DNA from: an uncultured Gemmatimonadales bacterium | GTDB taxonomy: Bacteria > Gemmatimonadota > Gemmatimonadetes > Longimicrobiales > RSA9 | DNA: 64,000 nucleotides | Assembly (NCBI GenBank): GCA_963798845.1 | Contig: CAWCUS010000006.1 | Location: 896,001-960,000 of the forward strand | Direction: 5' to 3' | In this document: in pieces, positions 8,461 to 18,076 of the stretch | Position numbering within the stretch: the stretch's first letter is position 1 | Layout: each line of letters begins with the position of its first letter | Notes under the pieces: model-generated | Told to the model about the DNA's origin: nothing | Seen by the model: the letters and a program-made list of their open reading frames with translations, nothing else | Databases searched by the model: none | Translations under genes and position numbers: made by a program

Positions 8461-9366
8461 TCAGCTCGCGGACCCCGCGGCCGCCGTGTCGAGCCGGTTG
8501 GCGTAGCGTTCCAGGACGGCCACGCGGTCGCGTCCGGCGCCCTTGGCCCGATAGAGGGCCTGGTCGGCGGCGGCGACGAGGTCGTCGCCCGACGTCATTC
8601 CGGCCTCGTACTCGGCGACGCCGGCGCTGCAGGTGAGAGGTCCCCACGGCATGTCGCTCTGTCGCAGCCCATCGAGGACGCGTTCCGCCATCACGCGAGC
8701 CCCGGTGGCGGTCACGCCATCCAGGATGGCCAGGAACTCCTCACCGCCGTACCGGACGCTGAGGTGCATCGTGCGGGTGCGGGCGACGAGGATGGCGGCG
8801 AAGACGCGGATTGCCTCGTCGCCTGCGCGATGGCCGTAGCTGTCGTTGAGGCGCTTGAAGTGGTCGAGGTCGAAAAGCACCACCGACAGGGCCTCGCCTC
8901 GCTGGGCGGCGGCAACGGCGCGGTTGAGGTGGATCTCGCCGTGGCGGCGGTTCGGAAGCCCCGTCGCCGCATCGGTCAGCGCCATCTGCTGCGCTTCTTC
9001 GAGCTTCTTCCTGAAAAGGGCGGAGAGGGCGCCGGTCCCGAGTGAGACGACGATCAGGACGACCGTGAACGCGAGGAGGACCTCCTGCCGGGGAAGGGCG
9101 GCGCCGGCGAGGTTGGATGCCAGCTGGCCGAGGGTGAGGGCGGCCATTCCTGCGGCGAGCGCGAGCGATGCGCCTCCCCAGCCGTGATAGTAGGAGAGCA
9201 GGAAGGGCGGGATCAGCGCGAGCAGCCAGACGAGGGCGCCGATGTCGCTGGTCCACGAGGGGAAGAGCGCCGAGCTCAGCACGGGCACGCCGAGGCACAG
9301 CAGCGACAGCAGCAGTGCCCTGGGCGGAACGGTAGACGCTCCGGATGTCTGCGCGTGTATTTTCAT
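8461..9366 (-). CDS. Membrane-bound GGDEF diguanylate cyclase
   Basis: About 4 N-terminal TM helices; TDAATGLPNRR, FDLDHFKRLND, YGGEEF, ADQALYRAK; the I-site RxxD appears degenerate (RTMH). Confidence 0.9.
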   Translation of the reverse strand: MKIHAQTSGASTVPPRALLLSLLCLGVPVLSSALFPSWTSDIGALVWLLALIPPFLLSYYHGWGGASLALAAGMAALTLGQLASNLAGAALPRQEVLLAFTVVLIVVSLGTGALSALFRKKLEEAQQMALTDAATGLPNRRHGEIHLNRAVAAAQRGEALSVVLFDLDHFKRLNDSYGHRAGDEAIRVFAAILVARTRTMHLSVRYGGEEFLAILDGVTATGARVMAERVLDGLRQSDMPWGPLTCSAGVAEYEAGMTSGDDLVAAADQALYRAKGAGRDRVAVLERYANRLDTAAAGSAS

Positions 9367-9439
9367 GCGCCACCTTCGGCGGACCCGGGCGGGCTCAGCC
9401 ATTGCGGCTGGCTGAGCCCGCCGTCGTGGGCGTCAGCGG

Positions 9440-10807
9440 TCAGTGATCGAATACGTAGGCGAGCGTGAGTCCGAACAGGCTCGCCTGGTTGGAGTAGACG
9501 CCGACGTTCAGCGCCATTGGATCCGTGACGCCGGGCAGCTCGCTGCGGACACGGCCCGCGCGGTCCTCCTGGTTCACGTAGTTGTAGTACGCCTCCGCCC
9601 TCAGCGACCCGAAGCTGTAGACGAACCCGAGCCCGTAAATCTGCCGGGTGGCGTCCGGCAGGAGGGGCGTCACCGTCTGGTCAGGGGCGGCCGGCTTGTT
9701 GTAGCTGAAGCCGCCGATCAGGTCGAAAGCGGGCGAGGCGCTGTAGGTGAAGCCGGCGCGATAGACGCTGGCGTCGTTGTAGTCCATGGCCAGCGACAGC
9801 TCCTGGCCGTTCTCGAAGGTGGCCGCCACCGTGTCGAAAACGCTCCAGCGCACCCACTGGTAGTCGCCCTCTATGGCGAGCTGCGGGGTCAGCTTCAGGT
9901 TGGCGCCGACCACGAGCTCGGCCGGGAAGGTGATGCTGGCCTCCACGCCCTGGTCCGCGAGTGGCCCGCCGGGCAGGAAGAGACCCTGTGAGCCGATGAG
10001 GACGTCGAACGGCACGGGCCCGGCCGGAGTGGTGAGCACGAGGTCCGGGTGCATGACCTGCTCGAAGGTGGCATCGCCGCTCAGGTCCACCTTGACCTGG
10101 TTCATGTAGCGGGCGGCGATGGAAACGCGATCGCTCGCGATCCAGAACGCCCCGACCTGGAACCCGTAGCCGGTGCCGGTGCCGTTCATCTTGGCGCTGG
10201 CCAGGTCGGTTCCGAGGGGAACGCCCAGGAGCGCCAGCTGCGGGACTTCCACCGGCGCGTCCAGGTGCTGGTTGATCTCCATGCCGCCGAAGATGACCTG
10301 CGGACCCGCGGCGATGGAGAACTTGCCGGGCACCACCTGGAACGCGAGCGTGGGCTGGAGGTAGATCCCGGACACCGTCGTGTTCCACGAAAGGAAGCGG
10401 CCTTCGAAGGTCTCCGGCCATTCCAGGGTCAGGCCGAAGGGAGCCCATACCCCGATGCCCGCCGCCAGCCGGCCTTCCGGCCCGAAGCGGAAGGAGGCGT
10501 ACGCCTGTGGCACGAGCGGAGTCGCGGCTTCACGGTCCACGGTCATGCCGCCGTTGTCGTACTTGAACGAGCCCGAGTTGTTCACGGCGGTGGCGCCGAG
10601 CGAGATGGTGGACGGCTGGAACGCGAGCGCGGCCGGGCTGAAGTAGATGCTGGACGCGTCCGGGCACGGCGCGGCGACGACGGCTCCACCGCGTGCGCTC
10701 GAGCACGCGCTCTGATTATAAATAGCGAACCCCTGCCCTGCTGCCGGGGCGGCCATGGCCGCCAGGAGCAGGGAGAATCCGGCGGGTCGAACCATGTTGC
10801 GACCCAT
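9440..10807 (-). CDS. FadL/TodX/OmpP1-family outer-membrane transporter
   Basis: Signal peptide, then GFAIYNQS..SARGGAVVA..DASSIYFSPAAL, WAPFGL and beta-strand alternation; AGGAGG RBS before ATG 10807. Confidence 0.85.
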   Translation of the reverse strand: MGRNMVRPAGFSLLLAAMAAPAAGQGFAIYNQSACSSARGGAVVAAPCPDASSIYFSPAALAFQPSTISLGATAVNNSGSFKYDNGGMTVDREAATPLVPQAYASFRFGPEGRLAAGIGVWAPFGLTLEWPETFEGRFLSWNTTVSGIYLQPTLAFQVVPGKFSIAAGPQVIFGGMEINQHLDAPVEVPQLALLGVPLGTDLASAKMNGTGTGYGFQVGAFWIASDRVSIAARYMNQVKVDLSGDATFEQVMHPDLVLTTPAGPVPFDVLIGSQGLFLPGGPLADQGVEASITFPAELVVGANLKLTPQLAIEGDYQWVRWSVFDTVAATFENGQELSLAMDYNDASVYRAGFTYSASPAFDLIGGFSYNKPAAPDQTVTPLLPDATRQIYGLGFVYSFGSLRAEAYYNYVNQEDRAGRVRSELPGVTDPMALNVGVYSNQASLFGLTLAYVFDH

Positions 10808-10948
10808 ACGGCGCCTCCTGTCTATGTCTGGGGGACTGCGGCAAACGGTACAAAGGTTCGGTTTTTCATCGCCGCTGGCAAGAGGCACCTGAACAGGAGC
10901 CCCTGCGGGGCTATCGTCCGCGTGCCACCCGTTCTATCATCACGGCCC

Positions 10949-11827
10949 ATGCGCACCACCGGTCTGCTCGTTCTCGTAGTGGCGATCGCCGCCGCCTGTT
11001 CCCGGGATCGGCCGGCCCGCGGGGCCTCCGGGCGGGTGCCCGTGTCGGCGACGCTCTATCCGATCGCGAGCATACTCGAATTCGTTGGTGGCGGGGCCGT
11101 GGAGGTGCGAACGCTTCTCCCCCCCGGAGCGCATCCGGACACGTACGAAGCCACGCCCCGGGTGGCGGAGGCGCTGGCGGGCTCCGCCCTGATCGTGCGG
11201 GTGGGCGGGCCGGCGGACGACTGGCTGGTGGTGCCGGGCGGCGCCCGGGCGCTCGACCTGACGGCCGGGATGCCGCTCATCCACGAGCGCGGGCCCGGCA
11301 CGGGCAACCCGCACGTCTGGCTCGACCCGATCCTGGTCAGGGATTCGCTGCTGCCTCGCCTCGCCGATGCCCTGGAGGGCGTCGCACCGGATTCCGCCGC
11401 GGCCATCCGCGGACGGGCCGCGGCGTTCGCCGATTCTCTGACCACGCTCGACGCGTGGATCCGGGAGCTGCTGGCGCCGGTGGCGGACGGGCGCTTCGTC
11501 GCGGCACATCCCGCCTGGGTGTACTTCGCCCGCCGGTACCGACTGGAGGAGGTGGGATCGCTTCATCCTTCGCCCGGGTCCGAGCTCGGCACGCGGGATC
11601 TGGCCAGGCTGGTGGACGCGGCGCGCGAGCGGGGGGTCGCCGCGGTGATCGCGGAGCCGCAGCTCGGCGCGGCGGGAACGGAGGCGCTGGCGCGTGAGCT
11701 GGGGCTCCCGGTCGAGATCGCGGATCCCGTGGGAGGCCCCGGCGTTTCCGGTCGAGAAGACTACCTTTCGCTCATGCGGTACAATGCCCGTGCGTTCGCG
11801 CGGGCGCTCGGAGGGGGGAGCACGTGA
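10949..11827 (+). CDS. Zn/Mn ABC transporter substrate-binding lipoprotein (ZnuA-like)
   Basis: Lipobox AAAC; HPDTYE, NPHVWLDP, AHPAWVYFA, IAEPQ. Confidence 0.88.
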   Translation: MRTTGLLVLVVAIAAACSRDRPARGASGRVPVSATLYPIASILEFVGGGAVEVRTLLPPGAHPDTYEATPRVAEALAGSALIVRVGGPADDWLVVPGGARALDLTAGMPLIHERGPGTGNPHVWLDPILVRDSLLPRLADALEGVAPDSAAAIRGRAAAFADSLTTLDAWIRELLAPVADGRFVAAHPAWVYFARRYRLEEVGSLHPSPGSELGTRDLARLVDAARERGVAAVIAEPQLGAAGTEALARELGLPVEIADPVGGPGVSGREDYLSLMRYNARAFARALGGGST

Positions 11828-12627
11828 GCGGGCCAGGGCGTCCGGACCCGGTGGGGGGTGGAGCGGCGGCCGCGGAGGCGGCCATCGAGTTCACTGGGGT
11901 CTTCTTCGGCTACCGCGGCGACGTTGTCCTGCGCGACGTCACGTTCACGCTCGGTGAGGGCACGTTCACCGCGCTGATCGGTCCCAACGGGGCGGGGAAG
12001 ACCACGCTGCTGCGCCTCCTCCTGGGTCTCGATCAGCCCGATCAGGGGCGCATCTTCGTCTTCCGCCAGCCGGCCGGCTCGAAGCAGGAGATCGGCTACG
12101 TGCCGCAGCGCACCGGCGTTCCGGAAGGTTTTCCCATGAGCACCCGGGAGGTCGTGCTCATGGGCCGGTATGCAAGCGTGGGACTGGGTCGCCGACCGGG
12201 TCGGGCCGATCACGAAGCGGTGGCGCGGGCCCTCGCCCGCGTCGGCCTCTCGGATGTGGCGCGCCACCGGTTCAGCGAGCTGTCCGGCGGGCAGCAGCGC
12301 CGCGCCCTCATCGCGCGTGCGCTCGTGTCCGGGCCCCGCCTCCTCCTCATGGACGAGCCCACCGCGGGCCTGGATCCCGCGGCGCAGGCCCGGTTCTACG
12401 ACACCTGCTGCACGCTGCAGCGAGAAGAGGGGATCACGCTGCTGGCCGCCTCTCACGACATCGACGTCGTAGCGCGCCACGCGGACATGGTGCTGCTTCT
12501 GGATCGGACGGTGCAGGCCATCGGCCGGCCGGCGGACGTGCTGGCGTCCGACCGCCTCGACCTCGTGTACAATTTCCCTCACGGCCACGTACACGCGCCC
12601 GCCGAGAGGCCGGAAGGGGCGGCGTGA
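11824..12627 (+). CDS. Zn/Mn ABC transporter ATPase (ZnuC-like)
   Basis: GPNGAGKTT, IGYVPQ, LSGGQ, LLMDEP, ASHD; His-rich tail. Confidence 0.9.
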   Translation: MSGPGRPDPVGGGAAAAEAAIEFTGVFFGYRGDVVLRDVTFTLGEGTFTALIGPNGAGKTTLLRLLLGLDQPDQGRIFVFRQPAGSKQEIGYVPQRTGVPEGFPMSTREVVLMGRYASVGLGRRPGRADHEAVARALARVGLSDVARHRFSELSGGQQRRALIARALVSGPRLLLMDEPTAGLDPAAQARFYDTCCTLQREEGITLLAASHDIDVVARHADMVLLLDRTVQAIGRPADVLASDRLDLVYNFPHGHVHAPAERPEGAA

Positions 12628-13436
12628 CGGAGTTCCTCGCCTACGACTTCGGGCAGCGCGCGCTCGCCGCCGGGCTGCTGGTCGGGCTCGGCTGCGCTGT
12701 GCTCGGCTTCTTCGTCGTTCTCCGGCGCATGGCGTTCGTCGGCATCGGGATCTCGCACGCGGCGCTCGGCGGCGTGGCGATCGGCGTCCTTCTCGGCATC
12801 GACCCGGTGCTGGCGGCGCTCGGCTTCTCGGTCGCGGTGGCCTGGCTGATCGCCGCCACGAGCGGACGCGGGCGGCTGAGCGAGGAGACCGCGATCGGGA
12901 TTCTCTTTCCCACGGCCATGGCGCTCGGCGTGGCGCTGATGGCCGGCACGCCGGACTACCGCCAGAGCCTGCTCGCCTACCTGTTCGGCAACATTCTCCT
13001 GGTGCGTCCGGCGGACCTGGCGCTCGCCGCCGTGCTGGTCGGCGGATCGCTGATCGCCACCATATTCCTGTTCAAGGAGCTTCTGTTCGTGAGCGTGGAC
13101 GAGGAGACCGCTCGCGCGGCGGGGCTGCCGGCCACCCGGCTGCGCTACGTCCTCTTCACCCTCCTGGCCGTGACCATCGTGTCCGCCATCAAGGTCGTGG
13201 GGATCGTCCTCGTGTCCGCGTTCCTGGTCATCCCCGCCGCCACCGCCCAGCTGGTGGCGCCCAGCATGCGCGCGATGCTCCTGCTCTCCGCGCTGTTCGC
13301 CCTCGCTTCCGTCGTGGGCGGACTCTGGCTCGCCTGGCTGCTGGATCTCCCGTCCGGCGCCGCGATCGTCCTGCTCGGCGCCGTCATCTTCTTCATGGCG
13401 GCGGCCGGACAACGCCTGCTGCGGCGAACGGCATAG
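12624..13436 (+). CDS. Zn/Mn ABC transporter permease (ZnuB-like)
   Basis: VLRRMAFVGIGISHAALGG, YLFGNIL, VGIVLVSAFLVIPAATA. Confidence 0.9.
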   Translation: MTEFLAYDFGQRALAAGLLVGLGCAVLGFFVVLRRMAFVGIGISHAALGGVAIGVLLGIDPVLAALGFSVAVAWLIAATSGRGRLSEETAIGILFPTAMALGVALMAGTPDYRQSLLAYLFGNILLVRPADLALAAVLVGGSLIATIFLFKELLFVSVDEETARAAGLPATRLRYVLFTLLAVTIVSAIKVVGIVLVSAFLVIPAATAQLVAPSMRAMLLLSALFALASVVGGLWLAWLLDLPSGAAIVLLGAVIFFMAAAGQRLLRRTA

Positions 13437-13442
13437 CGGCTC

Positions 13443-15572
13443 GTGCGTCGACTCCTCTCCGGGTGCCTCCTTGCCCTCGTCGGCCTCGCCGCCCCGTCCG
13501 GCGCGAGGCGGGCGAGCGCCCAGGAGGGCGCGTGGAACGGAACGCGGGAACTGCAGCTGGTCGATCGGGCGCGTGCCCGGCGGCGCGAGCCGATGGCCGA
13601 CAGCGCGCTGCGCAGCTATCGCGCGGACGTGGAAGGCTACATCTACTTCTTCCTGGACCGGGAGGGTGAGCCGAAGCCCGTGCTGCTGCGCGCGGACCAG
13701 GTCGCGCTGCTGCTCTACTGGGGGCGTCCGGCCTACACCAAGCAGATCATCCGCGGGATGCGCTCGGAGGAGCAGTTCCCGATCAAGGACTTCCGCTACT
13801 ATCTCGACCGCTACACGGTCATCCAGAACGGGTTCGGGGACGTCATCCGCGTGGGGGAGGGCCGCGACGTGCGGAACGTCCCGCACCCGCTGGCCCCGGG
13901 CGCCGACTCCATCTACGACTACCGTCTCGGGGATTCCACCACGATCCGGCTTCCCGGCCAGCCGGAGCCGATCCGGGTGTACGAGATCCAGGTGCGTCCC
14001 CGCGACTTCTCTCGCCCGGCCATCATCGGCTCGCTGTTCATCGAGCGTGCCCGCGCGGACCTCGTGCGCCTCGCCTTCACCTTCACGCCGTCGTCGTACA
14101 TAGACGCGCGCAACCAGCGGGTCGAGATCACACTCGAGAACGCGCTGTGGGAGGGGAAGTACTGGCTGCCGCGGGAACAGCGGCTGCTGGTCCGGCGGGA
14201 GATCCCGGAGCTCGATCTGGACGTGGGCACGGTGATCCGTGCAGCGCTCGAGGTGAAGGACTACACGCTCAACCCGGATCTGCCGGAGGGCTTCTTCCGA
14301 GGGCGCAGCGTGGTGCTCGGCGACACGCCGCGCCAGCTGGCGCAATACCCGTTCGAGAAGGGGCTGTACGAGGGGTACGAGGACGTGGGGCTGGCGCCCG
14401 GCACGAGCCCGGGGTCGCTGGACGAGGTGGACGTCCACGCCATCGCGGGCCGGATCCTCCGGGAGCGCTACCTGGGCGGGCTGTCCCGCGTCCGCTTCTA
14501 CGCCCCCGACGTCTCCTCCATCGTCCGCTATGACCGGAGCGAGGGCCTGGTCACGGGCGCGGGGGTCTCCGTCGCCCTCGGCCGAACGCAGCTCCACGCG
14601 TACGCGGCGCGCGCCTGGGGCGACGAAGCGCTGCTCGGGGAGGTCGGCTGGCGCTCCGATGCGCCCGGCGCCCCCGGCTGGTCGCTGGAAGCGTACCGGC
14701 GGCGGCCTCTAGACCTCGGGCTCCGGCAGGCCGCGGCGGGCGTCGTTTCCACGGCTGCGGCGGTGCTGGGCGAGGATTTCCGGGACATCGCGCGCGCGAA
14801 CGGCGGAGCGGTCGCGAGGACGTGGGGGCGACCGGCAACAGGTCGGCTGGCGGTCACCGCCCGGGCGGAGTGGCAGGACGAGTACCGGCAGGCGGTCGCG
14901 GTCGCGCCCCTGCGCGAGAGCGAGCCGTTCCGATCCGTCGCGCAGGCGTGGCGGGGCCGGTCGCTCGGTCTGGCCGCGGAGTACGAGCGCGAGATGAGGG
15001 CAGGCCCGTTCGAGCTGCACGTGGACCCGCGCGTCGAGGTCGGGAGCTGGGACGACCGCCTGATCGGGCTGTCCGAGACAGGCCCGTTCCTGCGGGGCTC
15101 TCTGGACGCGGACGCGACCTGGCGCAGCGGGCGGTACTCCGACGGGGTGATGCTCCGCCTGGAAGCGTCCGCGACCACGGGCGCCTCGCCGCCCCAGGCG
15201 TACCGCTATCTCGGCGGGCGCAACACACTCCCCGGCTACGACTTCCACGAGTTCGTGGGCCGCCAGGCCGCGCTCCTCGACGTCACCGGCTGGCGGACGG
15301 TGCTGCCAGGCTGGGTTCGGCTGCGTGGGTTCGCGGCCGCGGGCTGGGCCGGTCCCGAGAACCGGGTGATGCCGGTCCGCTTGCCCGCGGACGGCGCGGA
15401 GCCGTGGTCGCCGGGGCCGACGCACGGCCTGGCGGCCAGCCTGGGGCTCGGCGTCGGGCTCGTGCACGGCGTGGTCCGACTCGATTACGCCGTGCCTGTG
15501 GGTGTCGGCGCCGACGGCCGCGCCGGGACGCTGATGTTCAGCGTCGACCCCCGGCTCTGGTCCTTCCTGTAG
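13443..15572 (+). CDS. Secreted / outer-membrane beta-barrel hypothetical protein
   Basis: Signal peptide; C-terminal LGGRNTLPGY and VVRLDYA resemble Omp85-type barrel termini; 6 bp after the permease. Confidence 0.65.
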   Translation: MRRLLSGCLLALVGLAAPSGARRASAQEGAWNGTRELQLVDRARARRREPMADSALRSYRADVEGYIYFFLDREGEPKPVLLRADQVALLLYWGRPAYTKQIIRGMRSEEQFPIKDFRYYLDRYTVIQNGFGDVIRVGEGRDVRNVPHPLAPGADSIYDYRLGDSTTIRLPGQPEPIRVYEIQVRPRDFSRPAIIGSLFIERARADLVRLAFTFTPSSYIDARNQRVEITLENALWEGKYWLPREQRLLVRREIPELDLDVGTVIRAALEVKDYTLNPDLPEGFFRGRSVVLGDTPRQLAQYPFEKGLYEGYEDVGLAPGTSPGSLDEVDVHAIAGRILRERYLGGLSRVRFYAPDVSSIVRYDRSEGLVTGAGVSVALGRTQLHAYAARAWGDEALLGEVGWRSDAPGAPGWSLEAYRRRPLDLGLRQAAAGVVSTAAAVLGEDFRDIARANGGAVARTWGRPATGRLAVTARAEWQDEYRQAVAVAPLRESEPFRSVAQAWRGRSLGLAAEYEREMRAGPFELHVDPRVEVGSWDDRLIGLSETGPFLRGSLDADATWRSGRYSDGVMLRLEASATTGASPPQAYRYLGGRNTLPGYDFHEFVGRQAALLDVTGWRTVLPGWVRLRGFAAAGWAGPENRVMPVRLPADGAEPWSPGPTHGLAASLGLGVGLVHGVVRLDYAVPVGVGADGRAGTLMFSVDPRLWSFL

Positions 15573-15573
15573 C

Positions 15574-15649
15574 CCTGCCGCCGCCTTCCGCCGAACTGCC
15601 GCCCTGCCGAAGCGCCGGCTTTCCGGCTTGTCGGGTGGTCGGCTTCTCG
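15574..15649 (+). repeat. Degenerate ~8-bp CG-ending tandem repeat tract
   Basis: aactgccg/ccctgccg/aagcgccg/gctttccg/gcttgtcg/ggtggtcg/gcttctcg. Confidence 0.45.
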
Positions 15650-15701
15650 CCATCCTCCCTTGTCTCACACGTCCCGTGATCCCTGCCACCGGAGAACATC
15701 C

Positions 15702-18056
15702 ATGCGACGCGGCCCCCTCGCGCTCATCGCCCTCTTCCTCATCGCGGCCTCGCCGCAGCCCGCCCGGGACCCCGCGCTCCTCGGCTACACGCCCGAGGCG
15801 AGCGCGGCCGAGCGGCGGCTGGAGCAGCAGTTCGACGGCCACCTCGACGCCGCCGATCTGCGCGGCTGGATGGAGGAGCTGACCGACCAGCCGTTCTTCG
15901 TCGGCTCGCCGGGGGACCGCGCGAACGCGCAGTACATCGCCGACCTGTTCCGCTCCTGGGGTTACGAGACCCGGATCGAGACCTACCAGGTGCTCTTCCC
16001 GACGCCGAAGGAGCGGCTCCTGGAGATGACGGCGCCGACGCGCTTCCGGGCGAAGCTCGCCGAGCCGCAGGTGACGGGGGACCGGACGTCGGGCGCGGCA
16101 GGTCGACTCCCCACGTACAACGCCTACTCCGCGGATGGCGACGTCACCGGCCAGCTGGTGTACGTGAACTACGGAATCCCCGGTGACTACGAGGAGCTGG
16201 AGCGGCGCGGGATCGATGTGAAGGGGAAGATCGTCATCGCCCGTTACGGCGGCTCCTGGCGCGGGATCAAGCCGAAGGTGGCGGCGGAGCACGGTGCGAT
16301 CGGCTGTCTCATCTACTCCGACCCGCGCGATGATGGCTACTTCGAGGGGGATGCGTGGCCGGAGGGCGCGTACCGGCCGGAGCAGGGCGTGCAGCGCGGC
16401 TCCGTCGAGGACATGCCGCGCTACCCGGGTGATCCGCTGACGCCAGGCGTCGCGGCGACGGAGGACGCGAAGCGGTACAGCGTGGCCGAGTCGCCGGTCA
16501 TCATGAAGATCCCGGTCCTCCCGATCTCGTGGGGCGACGCGAAGCCCCTGCTGGACGCGCTGGACGGCCCGGTGGCGCCTGAAGGGTGGCGCGGCGCGCT
16601 CCCGATCACGTACCACGTCGGACCGGGCCCCGCGACGGTGCACCTGAAGCTGGCGTTCGACTGGTCGCTGAAGCCGGCCCAGGACATCATCGCGGTGCTG
16701 CGCGGAAGCGAGCTGCCCGACCAATGGGTCGTGCGGGGGAACCACCGTGACGGCTGGGCGATGGGCGCGGCGGACCCGATCAGCGGGCAGGTGGCGATGC
16801 TCGAAGAGGCGAAGGCCGTGGGCGCGCTGGCCCGGTCCGGATGGGCCCCGAAGCGGACCATCGTCTACGCCGCCTGGGATGGGGAGGAGCCGGGACTGCT
16901 CGGCTCGACCGAGTGGGTCGAGGACCACGCCGATGAGCTGCGCACCAGGGCGGTGGCGTACATCAACAGCGACGGCAACGGGCGCGGCTTCCTCGGGATC
17001 GGTGGCTCGCACACGCTCGAGCGCTTCGCCAACCAGCTGGGGAAGGATGTCATCGACCCGGAGACCGGTGTCAGCGTATGGGACCGGGCGCGCGCCCGCC
17101 GGGCCGTGCATGGTGAGGACAAGGTGCTGGACGCCGTGGACATGCCCATCTCGCCGCTCGGTTCCGGCTCGGACTACACCCCGTTCCTCCAGCACCTGGG
17201 GATCCCGTCCCTCAACATCGGGTTTGGCGGCGAGAACGGCGGCGGGCAGTACCACTCCCAGTACGACTCGTTCGACCACTATGTCCGCTTCGGTGATCCC
17301 GACTTCCAGTACGGCATCGCCCTGGCCAAGGTGGCCGGGCGCGCAACGCTCCGCCTGGCCAACGCACCCGTGCTCCCCTTCCGCTTCACGAACTTCGCCG
17401 GGCACGTGGCCGACTACGTTGACGAGGTGGACGAGCTCGCCGGACGCCTGCGGGACGAAGCGAAGCTGCGCAATCGGCTGGTCGCCATGAACGCCTACAC
17501 CCTCGCCTCGGATCCCACCGAGGCGTACGTGGCGCCCGACTCCGAAGCGACGGTGCCGTTCCTCAACATCGCTCCGCTGGAGAACGCCGCGACCAGGCTG
17601 AAGGCCGCGGCGCAGGCGTACGACGCCGCCCTCGGCGTGGCCACCGGACCCGAGGCGGGCGACACCCCGACGGCCGGCACCACGACGGCGGGCACCACGA
17701 CGGGCGAGGGCGCGACCGGCGCCGGCGGCGTCGCCCATGGGATGGCCGGGATCGACACCGGACGGCTCAACGCGCTCCTCATGAGCACGGAGCGGCTCAT
17801 GACCCGCGACGAGGGGCTCCCCCGACGTCCGTGGTTCAAGCACATGATCTACGCCCCGGGGTTCTACACGGGCTACGGCGTCAAGACCCTGCCCGGCGTG
17901 CGCGAGGGGATCGAGGAGAAGCACTACGACGAGGCGGAGGCGTACGCCTCGAAGATCGCCGACTCCCTCGAGCGGGTGTCCGGTGCCCTGGAGCAGGCGA
18001 CGGCGCTTCTGCGGCGCACGTCAGCCGCCGCCATCCCCGTCACGGGGAAGCGCTGA
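15702..18056 (+). CDS. M28 glutamate carboxypeptidase II-like peptidase (PA domain plus transferrin-receptor-like dimerisation domain)
   Basis: Signal peptide; LVYVNYG, IARYG, QRGSV, GDPLTPG, GNHRDGW, AADP, WDGEEPG, GSGSDY, QYHS, RPWFKHMIYAP. Confidence 0.92.
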   Translation: MRRGPLALIALFLIAASPQPARDPALLGYTPEASAAERRLEQQFDGHLDAADLRGWMEELTDQPFFVGSPGDRANAQYIADLFRSWGYETRIETYQVLFPTPKERLLEMTAPTRFRAKLAEPQVTGDRTSGAAGRLPTYNAYSADGDVTGQLVYVNYGIPGDYEELERRGIDVKGKIVIARYGGSWRGIKPKVAAEHGAIGCLIYSDPRDDGYFEGDAWPEGAYRPEQGVQRGSVEDMPRYPGDPLTPGVAATEDAKRYSVAESPVIMKIPVLPISWGDAKPLLDALDGPVAPEGWRGALPITYHVGPGPATVHLKLAFDWSLKPAQDIIAVLRGSELPDQWVVRGNHRDGWAMGAADPISGQVAMLEEAKAVGALARSGWAPKRTIVYAAWDGEEPGLLGSTEWVEDHADELRTRAVAYINSDGNGRGFLGIGGSHTLERFANQLGKDVIDPETGVSVWDRARARRAVHGEDKVLDAVDMPISPLGSGSDYTPFLQHLGIPSLNIGFGGENGGGQYHSQYDSFDHYVRFGDPDFQYGIALAKVAGRATLRLANAPVLPFRFTNFAGHVADYVDEVDELAGRLRDEAKLRNRLVAMNAYTLASDPTEAYVAPDSEATVPFLNIAPLENAATRLKAAAQAYDAALGVATGPEAGDTPTAGTTTAGTTTGEGATGAGGVAHGMAGIDTGRLNALLMSTERLMTRDEGLPRRPWFKHMIYAPGFYTGYGVKTLPGVREGIEEKHYDEAEAYASKIADSLERVSGALEQATALLRRTSAAAIPVTGKR

Positions 18057-18076
18057 GGGGGCAGCGGGAAAAGCGA

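Noticed and set aside
10049..10948. Long N-terminal extensions in the ORF track (also for rocD, gltA, App1, DUF1440, HD and ABC permease ORFs)
   Set aside because: They overlap neighbouring genes; family similarity begins only at downstream start codons.
14709..17924. 1071-aa minus-strand ORF
   Set aside because: Antisense shadow of well-supported plus-strand genes; no recognisable motifs; expected at high GC.
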